DNA of 64,000 bases, taken from contig NW_005434658.1 in NCBI RefSeq assembly GCF_000315625.1, positions 339,139-403,138 on the forward strand. Direction: 5' to 3'. Each line of letters starts with the position of its first letter. Within the stretch, counting starts at the first letter, position 1. Below, one piece after another: positions 48,730 to 61,949 of this stretch. This DNA is from Guillardia theta CCMP2712. Lineage: Eukaryota; Protista; Cryptophyta. The notes beneath the pieces were generated by a model that saw only the letters and a list, made by a program, of their open reading frames with translations, was not told the DNA's origin and searched no databases. A program made the translations under genes and the position numbers.

Positions 48730-49201
48730 AACACTGTCAGTGACGCACATTGTTTCGAACGAGTGATCAAGTTGCAAGCACACACAAGGAGGTGTGCGGT
48801 GGACAATACTGTACAGGCGGACCTCTTTGCACTGGAGAGCATGACGGGAAATGCTGTGTTGTGAAACGTTGTTGACAGGCTTACAGAATGTGAGGTTGTA
48901 AACAAAATAAATTCGTTGTGAAGCACTTTCGCTCTAGAGCTAGTGCAGCAAACTATCTCCTCCTCCTCCTCATTTCCTTGCTCCTCCTCCTCACAGTTGT
49001 CTTGCCACTTTGACCTAGTCCCCCCCCTCCCCGCCTCCCCCCCGCCTCCTCCTCCTCAGGCCCTGGAATGTGCGACGACGAAAGGTCGCCTTCGCATGTT
49101 TCACGACAGCAGCATGGCAGGCAGCAGTGACAAGGTCGGGCAGGGGCGAGTGCAGCATTCAAGGTCGACATTTACAATCCAACGCTCTTCCCTTCTCATC
49201 C

Positions 49202-49393
49202 TTACGGCACAACCCGAGCTCCTGCAAGAACCTCTACCTTGCTCACGAGCCCTTCTCCCACCCTCTGCGCCCAGTGGTCAGAGCAGGACAGAAACATGGA
49301 GAACAGATCAAGGATGAAGAGGAGCAGTAACAGCAGACGAAAGGGCAAAGAGGGGGGGAGCGGTAGGAGGAATGAGGACGAGCAGGAGACAGA

Positions 49394-49436
<43 letters not shown>

Positions 49437-51194
49437 TGAGTCACTTTTACCTTGAAGCCGCACAGCATTGACAGGTAGTCCGGGATAACTTCCTTGTCCT
49501 CTTCCTTCCCCTCCCCAGCATCCCTTGCGCCCTTGATGAGGGAGAGCGGGAAGGTGTTGGAGGCGTGAGCGACGGTGAGTTGCCCCCCCGCCGCCATGGC
49601 AGGGGACCAGAGAACGACGATGCAGTCTCCTCTCAGAGTGTCTCCCCAGAAGACTGCAAACCTGAAAGGGACATGAGCTCCTGCGAACAGATTCTGCTAC
49701 CTCCTTCTCTGCCTCCTCCTCTCCCTCCTCTGCCTCCTCTGCCTCCTCTCCTCCTTACCTCCCATACTTCTCCTTCAGCTCTTGTAACAGGCAAGTGAGA
49801 GGGCAGAAGCCGACCAGAAGGTTCTCCTGTACAGTAATGAGACAAAAAACGAGGGAGGAGGGAGGGAGGAGGGAGGGAGGTAGACAGGAGAAAAAAGAGG
49901 GGGGGGGGGAGGAGAAGGAGGAGGAAGGGGAAGTGGAAGAGGGAGAGGGAGAGGGGAAGGGAGGGAGAGAGGGGACGGAAGAGGTAAAGGGAGGGGGAGG
50001 AGGAGGGGGAGGAACTTGCCTGGTGCTTCTTTCGCATGTTCTTGAAACTCTCAACCCCCAGCTGTGACTTCTCGAGCGACTTGCCGCTCTTGACCCAGAG
50101 CACGACGTCGTAGCTGCTGATGTTGCGCCGGTAGGCCTGCTGGAGGACGCCCTCCCTCCCCTCGCAGACCCTCCGGCTGATTTTCTTCAGCGCCTCCCTC
50201 GCAAGCGTTATGCTCCTCCTCCACGCCATCTTGCTGAGACACTTGGACACCCATCGCACTCCCCCCTTGTCCTGCCGCGTGCAGACGCAGATCGGAGCTC
50301 CTCCTGCCTGGTCCCTCGCTACCTCTGCTGCGTCGACACACTCCTTGTAGAGCTCGTTGGTCATCGGGTTTGAGTCGAACTCGAGGTCGACGACCTGCGG
50401 GAGAGGTGAGGAGAGAGGAGGGAGAGAAGGGAGAGCAGGAGAGCAGGAGAGCAGGAGAGCAGGAGAGCAGGAGAGCAGGAGAGCAGGAGAGCAGGGAGGA
50501 GCGGTAGAGGATAATTCTGTGGGTGTACCAGAGGAGTTCCTTCCCAATCGAAGGTCGAGATGAGCCAGAGGAAGCGGATGAAGCCAGCGAGGGGAGAGGC
50601 CGGAGGAGCGAAGGGGAGCGGCGAGATGAAGCAGGAGGCGACAAGCAACTCCACAACCTCCTCCCTCACTTCAGTGGAGAGGAAGGAGGAAGCAACCCAG
50701 CGCTTGCAGAGACGGAGGGTTCCGGGCATGGCTGGGAACTTCTGAGAGACAGCGACGAGGGAGGCCACGTGCTGTGGTCGGTGAAAGAACTCTTCCTCGA
50801 GCATGATTGCCTCTGCCTTCTCGCCCATGGCCTGCGGGAAGATATGAGGGAGGAGGAGTGGAGGGGAGAAAGAGTGGAAGAGAAAACAAGACAAGAAGCA
50901 CACATGAGTAGGAGACAGGAGGACATAGAAAAGGCAAGGGGGAGGTGAAGTAGAGAAGGGAGGAGGAAGAGGGGAGGAGGAGGATGAGAGGAGGAGGAGA
51001 GAAAGAGAGGAGGAGGAGAGAAAGAGAGGAGGAGGAGAGAAAGAGAGGAGGAGGAGAAAGAGGAAAAGTACAACTGTACCTTGAGCAGCTTCACTTCTCG
51101 GTTGTTCCAAATGTATAGACGAAATGCATACCCGTTGCCAAGAACCTTCAGAAGGGTCAGAGGGACCAGGAAGAGGCGAAGAATAAAAATGGGA

Positions 51195-51242
<48 letters not shown>

Positions 51243-53884
51243 TTACCTGCAGGTGGTCAGAGAAGGCCTTGGCAACGAAGGAGCTGCTCTCCATCTCGTT
51301 GAGACACCTTGCCATCTGGAGGTAGAAGGCCGAGGTCAGGGTCCTCATGGCCTCCACCTCGTCCGGCCATTTCCCGCTCTCCTGCAGCTGCAGTACACAG
51401 TCGATGCTCTCAGCGTTCAGCCGAAGTCGCGCCTCCTCCTGCCGCTTGCGCTTCTTGCTCCCTTCCTCCGGCCCCACCTTGAACGCCAGTGGGTGGACGG
51501 AGACGTCGAGGGCTCCGAGGCCTCTGACCCTGGTGGAGAGAGGCTGGAGGGAGAGGACGGGGAGAGGAAGCTTGGAGGGACTGATGGACATCATGGTCTT
51601 GGCAAGCTTGTCCATGACGTTGAAGGAGGAGGAGGAGGCTACTTCCTCCTCCCTCCAGCGCCCAAAGCTCCCTTCCCCTTGCTGCTTCAAGATCTCCTCC
51701 GAAGAGCCGGCGATGCCAAGGACGCGGGAGGATCGGAGCTCTGGGATGTGTCGCTTCAGCGCGTAGGCGGCGATGGCGGAGGGTATGGCGTTCCTCCCGC
51801 CGGCTCGCTCAGCCTCGTCCCACGACAGGGTCTCCTGGATGGATCCGTCCTTGAACCTGCCAAGCACATCAGTGAAAACATTCCCGCAGCATCCTTCTCC
51901 TCCATCTTGTTCTCTCTCCTTCCGTACTCACTCACTGGGCCTCCTCCCCCTCCCCCTCTCTCTCCCTGTCTACCTCTCACCTTCGAAGTTCGGACTTGTT
52001 ACCCCAGAACTTCCGAAACTCTTTCGCAGCATTCGCATCGTCAGCCGAGGGCCCTCGGTCGATCTTTCTCGTGCTGGTCTCCTCATTGAGTAGCATGCCC
52101 ACAAAGATCCTCCTCCTCCCGCTCGCTGCCCACCCGCTCCTCCCCCCTGCCTCCTCCAACGTCTCGAAGCTGTCCTGCAGGACGCTGTTGCCTCCCCGTT
52201 TCCCGGCGATCTTCTCTGAGAGAAACATGTTCGCCTCCTCTGTTCGATCTGGAAGGACTCGAGCAAAGTGCATGCGGTCCCCTAGGGCCTTGTCGAGCAC
52301 AGAGAGCACTGCCTTCTCCACAGCCTGCGCGTTTGACATCCCCGGCTCTTTGTTGAACCCGATCGCCTCCTTCCACTCTCCTCCACCCAGCCTCTCCCCG
52401 CTCGCATCCTCCTCCACCTCCTCCAGCTCTATCACCAGGATCTCGTCGTACTTGCAGAGAAGAGAGACGCGGGTCAGCATCAGCGGGCTGAAGCCATCGC
52501 GGAGGTCGTGTTCGAGGCAGAGGAGGGCAGCACGGGCCTCGTGCGTGAGCTCAGAGACGGCGGAGTGAGAGAGGCGGCTCAGCACGTTGACAGCAAGCGA
52601 CTGGTCCAGCAGGACCGCTGGGTACCTGCCCCTGAACTCCTCCATCGCCTCCTCCACTGAAATCTTGGCCTCCTCGGTCGGGGTCAGGTGAACTCCACTC
52701 TCGAGGTTCTCCCGCTTGGAGAGGAAGACGAAGGCGGCTCGAAGCATGTGGTAGCTGCTCATCCCCCGCGAGATGGTTCGGTTCTGAACGAGGTACACCA
52801 GCAGCATCGAGAGCATGAACCCGTTGAGCCCGTCCCACGCGCTGTCCAAGCACCGCTGCCGCACCCATACCTTGAGCAGGAGGGCCGCGTCAACCAGCGC
52901 CTGGCACCTCGAGAACTCAGCATGCAGCACATGGAGATGAGGAAGGAGCCGCAGCTGCTCTGCCATCAGCGCGTTGTAGTGCGGCGTCGGGGGCTCTAGG
53001 GCGATGTCTCCGTCCTGGCTGCGAAAGTTGTTGCGGGTCGGGCGGAAGCGCTGAAGGGGGAAGAAGTCAGCGGGAGGGCAGACGAAGAGCTTGACAAGGA
53101 ACTTGGCGCTCAGCCCTGCAAGGGCCCGGGGCTTGAGGACGAGGACCAGCTGACCCCTGTGGTAGCCCGACCGTGAAAAGCTCACAGACTCGACCAGGTT
53201 GTTCCCCGACGAGCCTAGGGCCTTGGCGATGTGGGAGAGGTACATGTTGCGCTTGTACATGAACCTTCCGTTGAGGAAGTCTTTGGCGTGAAGGCAGTCG
53301 GCCGGCATCTCCACCGCCATGTCGACATTCAGGTCGGGCTTGACCAGCGTCCTCAGCAGGAACGACCCGACCAGCTCCACCTGAGTAGGGGGAAGGAACT
53401 GGAACTGCTGTCCCTTGACGGTGTAGAGAGCATCAAGACCCTTGTCCTTGATTGTGGACCGCGGGATCTTCTCGAGGAAGCTCTTGAAGGAGTGCAGCCA
53501 GTCCTCAAGCGGCCCCAGCTTCGTGTAGTCTACCTCGACCTCCGACTGCAGCTCGTTCATCTCCAGTCGAAGGAGGGAGGATTTGTAGAGGAGCTCTGTC
53601 TCTTTCAAACCCTTCATCTCATCGTGCGTTGGATCATCCCATAGCTTATCCCTGGACTTGCTCTCCTCGACCTTGTCGTCCTCCAACTCCTCCCCACCAT
53701 CCGAAGACGAGTCTTCCTCCCCCGCTTCCTGATCGACAGTCACTCTGTTCTCTTCCTCTTCCATGTCATCGTCGTCAATCAAGGACAACCCTGGATTCTT
53801 TGCTGGCTCTACGGCTGTTGCTGATGAAGATCCTCCTCCTCCTCCTCCTCCTCCTCCTTCCGTTTTTCTCTTCTTGCCTGCCAT
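49202..53884 (-). CDS. NOL6: Nucleolar protein 6 / U3 snoRNP Utp22 (Nrap family), multi-exon
   Basis: LVGSFLLRT, VDMAVEMP, KDFLNGRFMYKRNMYL, PTPHYN, LLKVWVRQR, DRGPSAD, FRKFWGNKSELRR/FKDGSIQE, ESGKWPD, LCKRWVAS, GFIRFLWLISTFDW. Confidence 0.95.
50431..50493. repeat. 8-bp tandem repeat (GAGAGCAG)n in a NOL6 intron
   Basis: About eight perfect copies. Confidence 0.9.
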
Positions 53885-54116
53885 GGTTGGCCGCACGTGA
53901 AATTCGCCGAACTACGACCACCCCCTTGAATAACCATTTCGATTTGAGAATATCTGGGGTGGGTACTTATTTTACTCAATTTAATTGTATACGAGATTCA
54001 AGTCTGCCTCAGGAATTATATAGGAAAATCAGAACGATCGTTCGTTGTTGTTTTCTAATATCATAACTATTAACTGTGACCTGGGCTTTTCTGCCCTGCA
54101 CCTCGTCCAAGGAACT

Positions 54117-54595
54117 ATGGCCGCTTTGTTCGTGCTCGCGATGGCGTCGCTTCCCGCCATAAGCGCTCTTCTGCCCTCGGCTCACCCGTCCTCCCTCTCC
54201 TCCCCTTCCTCTTCCTCCTCTCTCGCCTTCTCTCCCTCCTTCTCTCCCTGTCTGCTCTCACGTCGCTCCTCCCTACTGGCTCCGCAGCTGTCAACACCCC
54301 GCGTTCCGAGCCTTTCCTCCTCGATCGATGGCTGCAAGAGTATCAGCAGCAGGGACCTGTTGGCACCCGAGCGACCATGCGCGCGAGCACGGACGAGCTT
54401 GCGTCAGACAAACGGAGACGATGAGGACGTGGAGGTGATTGGACGTGCCATCAATGTAAAACTTGTGTTGCGATAGAGCCACGGGAAGTTTTGATTTGCG
54501 TTTTTTCATGGCAGATGTATGTTGCAGCAGCTGTCGTCTCGCTTCTTGGGCTGTTCTTCTACTGGAACACTGGTAACCTAGACAAGATCTTCTGA
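54117..54595 (+). CDS. Small single-TM protein with a bipartite (signal plus transit-like) leader
   Basis: MAALFVLAMASLPAISA, Ser/Arg/Pro-rich stretch, intron ~54455-54514, then MYVAAAVVSLLGLFFYWNTGNLDKIF*. Confidence 0.7.
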
Positions 54596-54773
54596 TCTTT
54601 TACATTCAAGGATGAGAATTCTCCTCCTCACTTTCCTTGTTCAACTCAGCGATTTTTTGTGTTTGCCTTTTTGTATGTGTCAACAATGCCTGATGCACGG
54701 TAACTCAAAGTACAAGAGAGACACGCGGTCCCATTCTCACTACATCTCCTCAGCTGTCTCCTCAGCCTCTCTT

Positions 54774-57700
54774 TCATGTCGACTGGGCAGTGGGCGGATC
54801 CTGCTCGTACGACTTCCTCGTGCACTGTACCTTCCTGACCTGCAACGATGCGTCAACCAGCCTCTGGGCAGCGGGAAGGCACATTACCGCTCCTGTCGTC
54901 GGGCTGCGAAGATCCAGCGTGAGGTGGGAGCCCTCAGGGCCAACTGCGGAAGTTTCAGCATGAGGATGAGGGAGCACGGCGGTTGAAGGACCGATCAAGT
55001 TCGAGATCTGCACCGGTTCCATGCCAGGATGCAGGGAGATGTCGTTGACTGCAGGCACGAGAACAGGTCACTCTCAATGGGAGGCAAAGGTATCCTGGCA
55101 CCTTTCAGTATGATGTCGCCCGGGAATATGAGGCCTGTAACGACAATGATTCAGCCACGGGAGCAGCCTGCCGGGTAGGCCAGACCGGATCGTTCGGCGA
55201 AGCCATTCTCCTTCAGTCTCCTGACTATCCAGTACCTGTAGGTAGTAAGGATGTGAGGGGAGCTAGCTCCGAATCATTCACCTTCCAGTTGGGTCTCGCT
55301 GTACTGTGAAACCCAGTCCAACCGTCTTCCTCGTCCTGTCCTCCTCGCTATCCTTCAAAGCCCCAAACTTGCTGTCCATTGCTGGCTTTGAAGCATCAAT
55401 GGAGCCCTCCATTCTGCCATCTGTGCCATGTTTCTTGACCACGAGTGGGATGGGCCTTGTTCGAGCTTCTTGCAGCAGCTTGCGAACATGCTGTCATGCT
55501 CATTACTCAACCACACACGAACAGATTGAAAACACTGACATCTGCAGAGTGCACCGATACCTCCTCTCCTTGTACCTCCAGGAGCTCGTCTCCGACAGCA
55601 ATCTAACGGCAACACATTCAGTTATTGCTAGCTGAGGTCGAATTGTGCGCAAAGAAGCATCATAACGTCTCACCAGGTCAACTGGTGCAGCCACAACATC
55701 CTGGTTGATGGACTCGACTCGGAGCGGGTGCATGTCGGATATGCCGAGGACGATCTTTTGAGGCTCATCAGCAGCTATTACCTGCAAGCTTTGTCTGACT
55801 TTCTGAACATCTTCAATGCTGAGATCATAGTCTATCAGGGTGTAATGCTTGATGATTTGCATGTCTGTCCTGTCTGTTGCGATCAGTGCCTTGATGGATT
55901 CGATGACCTCCTTTCCAATTGTTTTTGACTTCTTTCCCTCTGAGCTCGAGAGGCACGAGTCATTCGTTGAGCCTCTTGACTGTTCGTTGTTGCCATGCGT
56001 GCCAGTGAACAGCTGGCTGAGGGCTCCGAAGACGTCCCCACCTCCTTTGGAAGTTTGCGGGTTCTGGAAGAGAGTTGCGGTTAGTTGGAGAGCATCGTCC
56101 AATATGTTCTTGCTCTGAGAGATTTGGGTACTCAAGGTATCTTCCTTCAACGTTTCCTTCCCTGATTCATTCGGCCTTGTTTCATTGGCTTCTAAAGGAG
56201 AATCCTCCGATTCCACGTCGGTACCAATCTCCGAGCCCTCGGTGTCAACAACACTTTGAGCCTGCTCTTTCGAGGACTTGGATGCCGTATCAGTGTGGAG
56301 ACTGTCGGCTCTGGATGCCCTTGCCCGCATCGCGTCAAGTTCGCTCTCGAGGGTCTCGATCTTCATCTGAAAATCCTGCAGCTGTGCTACAGCTGCCTCG
56401 TGCCTTCGCAGTTCACTCCGCAGCAGCTCTTCGTCTACTCGATGGGTGTGGATCTTCTTCTCGAGATCGCTCACCTTTGCTCTCAAGGCATCAACCTCAA
56501 GGTGCGCCTTGGCTTCGGATTCATTCGCTGCCTTCAGCCTGTTCTCAAGATCCATCATAGAGCTCTGCATCCCCGATTTCACATTCTCAATCATCTCCTT
56601 CGATGCAACCTCCCATTCCGACTGATCGCGTGAAAACTGATTGATCTTTTCCGTGAGCCGTTTGTTGTCCGCCTTGGCAACCAACAGGGCCTCTTTCAGC
56701 TCGTCAAAGAATGTCTCGGACTCCGACATGATCGTTGAGAGCTGCCCAGGTATGCTCGCCGCAGTCCGCTTGAACGACAAGTCGGTCTGAAATCCTCGGC
56801 TATGCAGGAACTTGGGAATCACTGCGCGCCCTTGTGATTCCTTTACTTCTGTACACGTCTCCTCAGCAACCGTCTCAAGGTGCAAGTCTTGATTTCCCCT
56901 CAGCATCTCTTGCTGGCCGTCGAGCACCGCAGGATCCATCGCATCCATACGGTCACTTGGCGATGAGAACAAAGAGAGGGTGTGCCGATTGACCTCCTCC
57001 TTGAGCGCTTCCGCGCACTCCTCGTCTTGATCGATCTGTAAATCTGTCAAACTTTGACTCGTGAGCAAGATCTGCGCAAGCTCCTCTGCACTTTGTTTCT
57101 GCAGTGAGCAACCCCGCAGGTCTAAGGAGGTGATTGTCTTGTTGACCCTGAGAGCAGCGCAGAGGATTGCAATCCCATCAATCCCTAACTTCTCGTTATA
57201 GGCTAGCGAAAGCATTTCCAACTTCGGACTGCAGGCAAACATGGCGATCAGCTTCTTCAAAGAACTGTCCTCCAGATTGCAAGCTTCAAGGCTCAATGAC
57301 ACCAAATTCTGCAGATCCTGCACTACCAGCCCAAGTTCTGCAAGGTCCAGGACATTGTAGAGCACGCAGCCGCTAAGGTGAATCTCTTTCAAGTTAGGGT
57401 TCATCTGTATGTTTTGGAGTATAGTGTGCAGCTTCAGTTGTCCTCGCAAGGAGGGAGCGCACTGCGGGCTCGTGGCAATGTCTAGGATCTCAAGATGCCC
57501 TTCAGCACGGGCACAGATCGAGTTCAACACGTCATTGTCTAGACAACATTCATCGCCGCATCGTACAACCCTCCAGAGCTTGTTGTCATGTCCTACCCTC
57601 TTCCATGTCTTGTTCACCATGCTCATACGTGAGATGAACGCTGATCCAAAGTTGGCGTGGAGGAACTGAAAGAGGACAAGGAGCACCTGTGCGACTTCCT

Positions 57701-59357
57701 CTTGAGTCAGGTACGAGATGCTCCAAGTTCTGTTTAGCGTTTCAATCCTCTTCTTCGACTTTGCTGGGCTCACGTCGCCTTTCAGCTCATCCTCTTCTAT
57801 CAAGACCCAATCTGTCATCGAGGCAAGCTTCTGTCCTTTTCGACCTCTACCACTAGGAATGATATCAGGGTCGTTCCAACCGGGCCCCCGGTAGAGATCT
57901 GGATCATCATACCCTGAGTTTCTGGCATCGACGTCCTTGGAACCAGTTCTTTTGGGCCCTGACAGCGCCTGAGCTTTTGATCCGAGCACCATCGATGCCA
58001 CCTGGGTCAGCAGAGATTTCGCTGAGAACCTCCGAGATAGCTGCTCACGCTTTTGTGAGTCTCGCAGTCTGGATTGCGGGAGGTCACTCAGCATCCTCAC
58101 GAGAGTGACATCAATCATCGAGTCTCCCCTCGACAGCCCCAGTCGCACGGAGGTCCCGGGCTTGCCAAGGATCAGCCCCTTGAAGTCGTCAATCACACGT
58201 CCAACAGGCTTCCCTTCAACTGTCCGAAGAATGTCTCCCGCCATGATGCGCCCGTCCTTGAAAGCCGGCCCGTGCGGTAGGACCTGGGTGACGACGATTC
58301 CCTCCCCTGGTCGATTTGCAAGAGCAAGACCGACACCCACAAGTCCCTTCGTCGCCATGGGCGAGCTGGTCGAGTTAGTGTTTGCCACCTGCTTACCAAC
58401 CACCGTCCCCTTCCCCGTTGTCGAGGATCGAGTTTTTCCTCCTGCGCCGATCCTCGGAAGTCTGTAGAAAGCGCAGATGCTATTGCACTTGTGCGCTCCA
58501 AGGAAACGCTTGATTCCGTCCATCCCCAAATTTCCTTTTCCGTAGCCCTTCCTATCACAGGTGTGAATTTGTGGATCAGTCCATAGGTCCCCTACACCCT
58601 GCAGATCGCACACCAACAGCCTGTTCCCACTCGCCTCCCAGGTGAAGTGGCTGAATGCCTGAGGCGTGTTCCTTTCGTCATCGCTCCAGTCCCAGTTGTT
58701 GTTCCACTTCCTGTAGGTTCCAGAGATGAACTTCTCAACACCGCAGAAAGGGCGTCCGGGTCGGTCCACCAGTTCCAGCACGTAGGCCGCTATGAAGTCA
58801 ACTGACTTGGGGGGGCTCTTCTCGTTGAACCTTTGAGCCCACATCCTCGCCTCCATCTGCATCTGAACGTCCTCAAAGAACTGCTGAGACGACTCACCCG
58901 CGTCCTTAGAGAACTTGACGACACACATGCCAGCGACGCCAGGAGTCGCCAAATCCCACATTCGATGCGCAGTACGCATCGCCCCCTCTGCGAACGGCTG
59001 CTGTTCGATCCTGCAAAGGAACGCGGTCCTCGTCCACTTTCCTGCTCTGGGATCGAACTCATGCCTAATCGCCTTTTCCACCCCACTCAGGTCAAACGCG
59101 TCATGATCGGCATACTGCGGCATGTATCTCTCCCCGACATCGGCCTTGTCGGCCTTCTTTGCAGCAGCGTTGCCTTCAGCCGCCTGCCCGTTCTTCTCAT
59201 CTCTGTCCTCGTTCCCAACGATTAGGATCGCAAGCAACGGAGTCTTTCGCTCCTCGTACTGCTGCTGGGTGATCTGGCCGTTGTCCAGGAGCTTCTTCAG
59301 TTTCCGCAGCTCCTCAGCAGCCTTCTCTTCCTCGGATCGCAGCTTTTGGCCACGCAT
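54774..59357 (-). CDS. Alpha-kinase (eEF2K/MHCK-type) multidomain protein: SHOCT-kinase-PDZ-F-box-LRR-coiled coil-PDZ-PDZ
   Basis: FAEGAMR, VVKF, VEKFISGTYRKWNNN, PQAFSHFTW, CDLQGV, TDPQIH, GKGNLG, HKCNSIC; first exon 59357-55674, then micro-exons to the stop at 54774. Confidence 0.93.
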
Positions 59358-60337
59358 GGTTGCGAGACAGACCCTTCACCGCATCATGTGGCGATGGACT
59401 GAGACGTTAGAGCGCTTCCTTACGGCATCACAACCTCCTCCATGTCAACGAGGTCAGATGACCTAGATTATGCCTCGCCGCGTGCTACCTGCAGGAAACG
59501 CACCGTCAACCGACCCGAAGAGGATGGAAGGAGACTCTTGCTCCTGAGGATGCGCTCACGTCGCGTGCCCGTAAGGCGCAACTCCCTTCCTCACTCTCAT
59601 GCTCATGCACGGCATCGGCTCTCTCCTCTGGGACATTTCTATGGCGCCACTTGGAGCCTTTCCTCCCTCTTCCTCCTCGCAGCCATGCATGATCTTCTGC
59701 TAGATCCCTGGAACTTGTCGCCTGCAACAGTATCTCTCCTTCCCTTCTCCTCCTTGCTCCTCTCTCGCTCACTTTGCTCCCTCCCTCCCTCCCTCCATGG
59801 ACGATCGCTATCCCACAAACCTCGCGCCACCATAGCGCCACTACCCCCACCCCCCTGCCCGAAACTCTCCGACTCATTGTTTACTCAATCGCGTTCTATT
59901 TGGACATCTCGATTACATCAAGCTCGCTCCGTTGTAGAAATAGTGGATCTGCAAAGGCATCAAATTCTAATCTAGAAAAACTTAGTACAGATTGATCCAA
60001 TTTGGAATGTCCCACAAATGACCATCCCCACCCCCGAATAACTTTCTCCTGTGGGATTCTACTAGTGCTAGCTGCTAGTTCCCCTCCCCTTCCCCTTCCC
60101 CTTCCCCTCCCCTTCTCCTCCAACTTCCCACTCTCCTGCTCTTGCCTTCTCCTTTCTCGCTTGTTTCTCCCTCTCCTCCCTCCCCTCCCTCCTCTCCCTC
60201 CCCTCTTCCTCGTCTCCTTCGTCTCTCTCTCCTCCCTCGTCTCTCCCCACTCCCCCCCCTCCCTCCTCCTCCCCCCTCTCCTCCCTCTCTCATTCTCTTC
60301 TTCTCGGCGCCACCATCTGTCTTATGAAGCAGCCGCC

Positions 60338-61940
60338 ATGTCGGGCTCAGCCTTGCTTGCAAAGTTCATCATGCAGTACCTTCCGAGCTGCTCATGCGGC
60401 AACGAAGAAGACATCGGAGTGACAAAGGAGAGTCTCCCCACCAAGGAGAATGACTCGACCCGAAGGTCTTGGACCACTCTCCTCGCTCCCTCTTTGCGCT
60501 GACCCGGCGTGACTGGCGCAGGGCCGTATCGATCAACGAGTTCTTTACCATGAGTGAGATGCAGTACATGGGCCGGTGGGCAGACGAAGTGCGTGTGATC
60601 TTCGACGGGACCCTTCCGCCCTCGTGAGCTTGACGCTCCTCCGATTACCAACACCTCACTCTCTCTCTGCAGCATGCACGGGAAGTCGATGCTCGAGAAT
60701 GGCGTGCCCATAGCGCTGGTGAACCCGGCAGCACCTGACCCCAAGTGCTTGGCAGCATGCGATACCCGTCTCTTCCTGACCTGCGGCTTGCTGCAGGTAT
60801 GTGATCATCCACGAGATCATGCACCACCACATGGACAACCTGGGATGCCCGAGCTTGCTGGTGAGTGTCGTTGAAGAGCCGCCGGAATCTTCTTGGCTGC
60901 GGGCCGTCAGGTGGGGAGGACGGGAAGGGAACGTCGTCTCTTGCGTGAGAGTGTCTGTAGCTTCAAGGTGTTCACCAACGGGATCCTGGTGCAACTGTGG
61001 GAACTAATCCAGCACTCCCGCTTCAACGTCATGTGATGCAAACCCTGTTGGGAGCCTCTGAGGGAAACGACTCTGACCCTTGTTGCTCTCGCTCGCTCGG
61101 TTGGCTGCGCATGGAAGGTTGAGGAGGGTGTTCCGGTATTGGAGTCCCTTGTGCACGATGGTGGTTGTGAGATAGAATTCTGGGATCAGGTGCGGGCCGG
61201 AGAGTGCGCGCGACCGACAGTACATCCGCTACATGGAACAAGGAAAGTTGCACTCGTACGGGCTGTAAGATCATGAACTCTCATAGCTCCTTTGTAACTT
61301 GTAGTCCAGAGAGAAAACAGGCAACACGCAAGCTCGTAATCTGGATGTGACTGCCCCGACGTGTCGTAGAGACGAATGACCACTGCTTGTAGATAGCTGT
61401 GCACTTGGCGGTGATATGGATGGAGGGATCGGATGACGTGAAGCAGAGAGTGATCGATTTCATCCTCCGCACATACAAGGATGGGAGCGATATTGTGTGC
61501 CTCTGATGATGATCTTGCCCATCTGACAGCGTGACACATGACAGCTTCGGTTGGGGGAGAGCATCGTCTGTTGCATACAACCCGAGGATGTAGACTTCTT
61601 TTGCATGGACAAGAATGAGGCGCGCAGAGTCTTTTCAGACATGGTAAAGGAGATGGAGGTCAGGGTGTGTGCGACTGGTCGCCCGAGACCTGATCCTTTG
61701 CTAGAAAATTTTGCGAATAATCGACACCAAGATGCACGTGTACGTCGGCGACATCGCGGTAGAGGGCAAGTTGATCAATGATCGTAGCTGGACTTCGACA
61801 AAGGCACGGCCGCAGGACTCCTTGCGTTCCTGACGTTCGTCTTCAGGTGATGTTCTCGAGTCAGCCTCTCGACGTCAACATGCTGAATCAAGCAGGAAAT
61901 GTTTAATTACAGAGGTTGGATTTCGAAGGAGAAACAATAT
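60338..61940 (+). CDS. Hypothetical protein, many small exons
   Basis: ATG in GCCGCCATG context; exon-like pieces AVSINEFFTMSEMQY, VIIHEIMHHHMDNLGCP and LGESIVCCIQPEDVDFF; end uncertain. Confidence 0.55.
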
Positions 61941-61949
61941 TCAAATGGA

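Noticed and set aside
51253-53644. Long plus-strand ORFs opposite NOL6 (similar shadows opposite the kinase, HAD and PHTF-like genes)
   Set aside because: Antisense shadows of GC3-rich coding sequence
55503-55673. C-terminus of the 1284-aa kinase ORF as given in the track
   Set aside because: Intron read-through; splicing at 55673 restores a PDZ domain and extends the gene to 54774
915-59357. A functional Ca2+-signalling cluster (Orai-like, two EF-hand proteins, alpha-kinase)
   Set aside because: The genes are scattered among unrelated housekeeping genes; nothing in the sequence shows co-regulation
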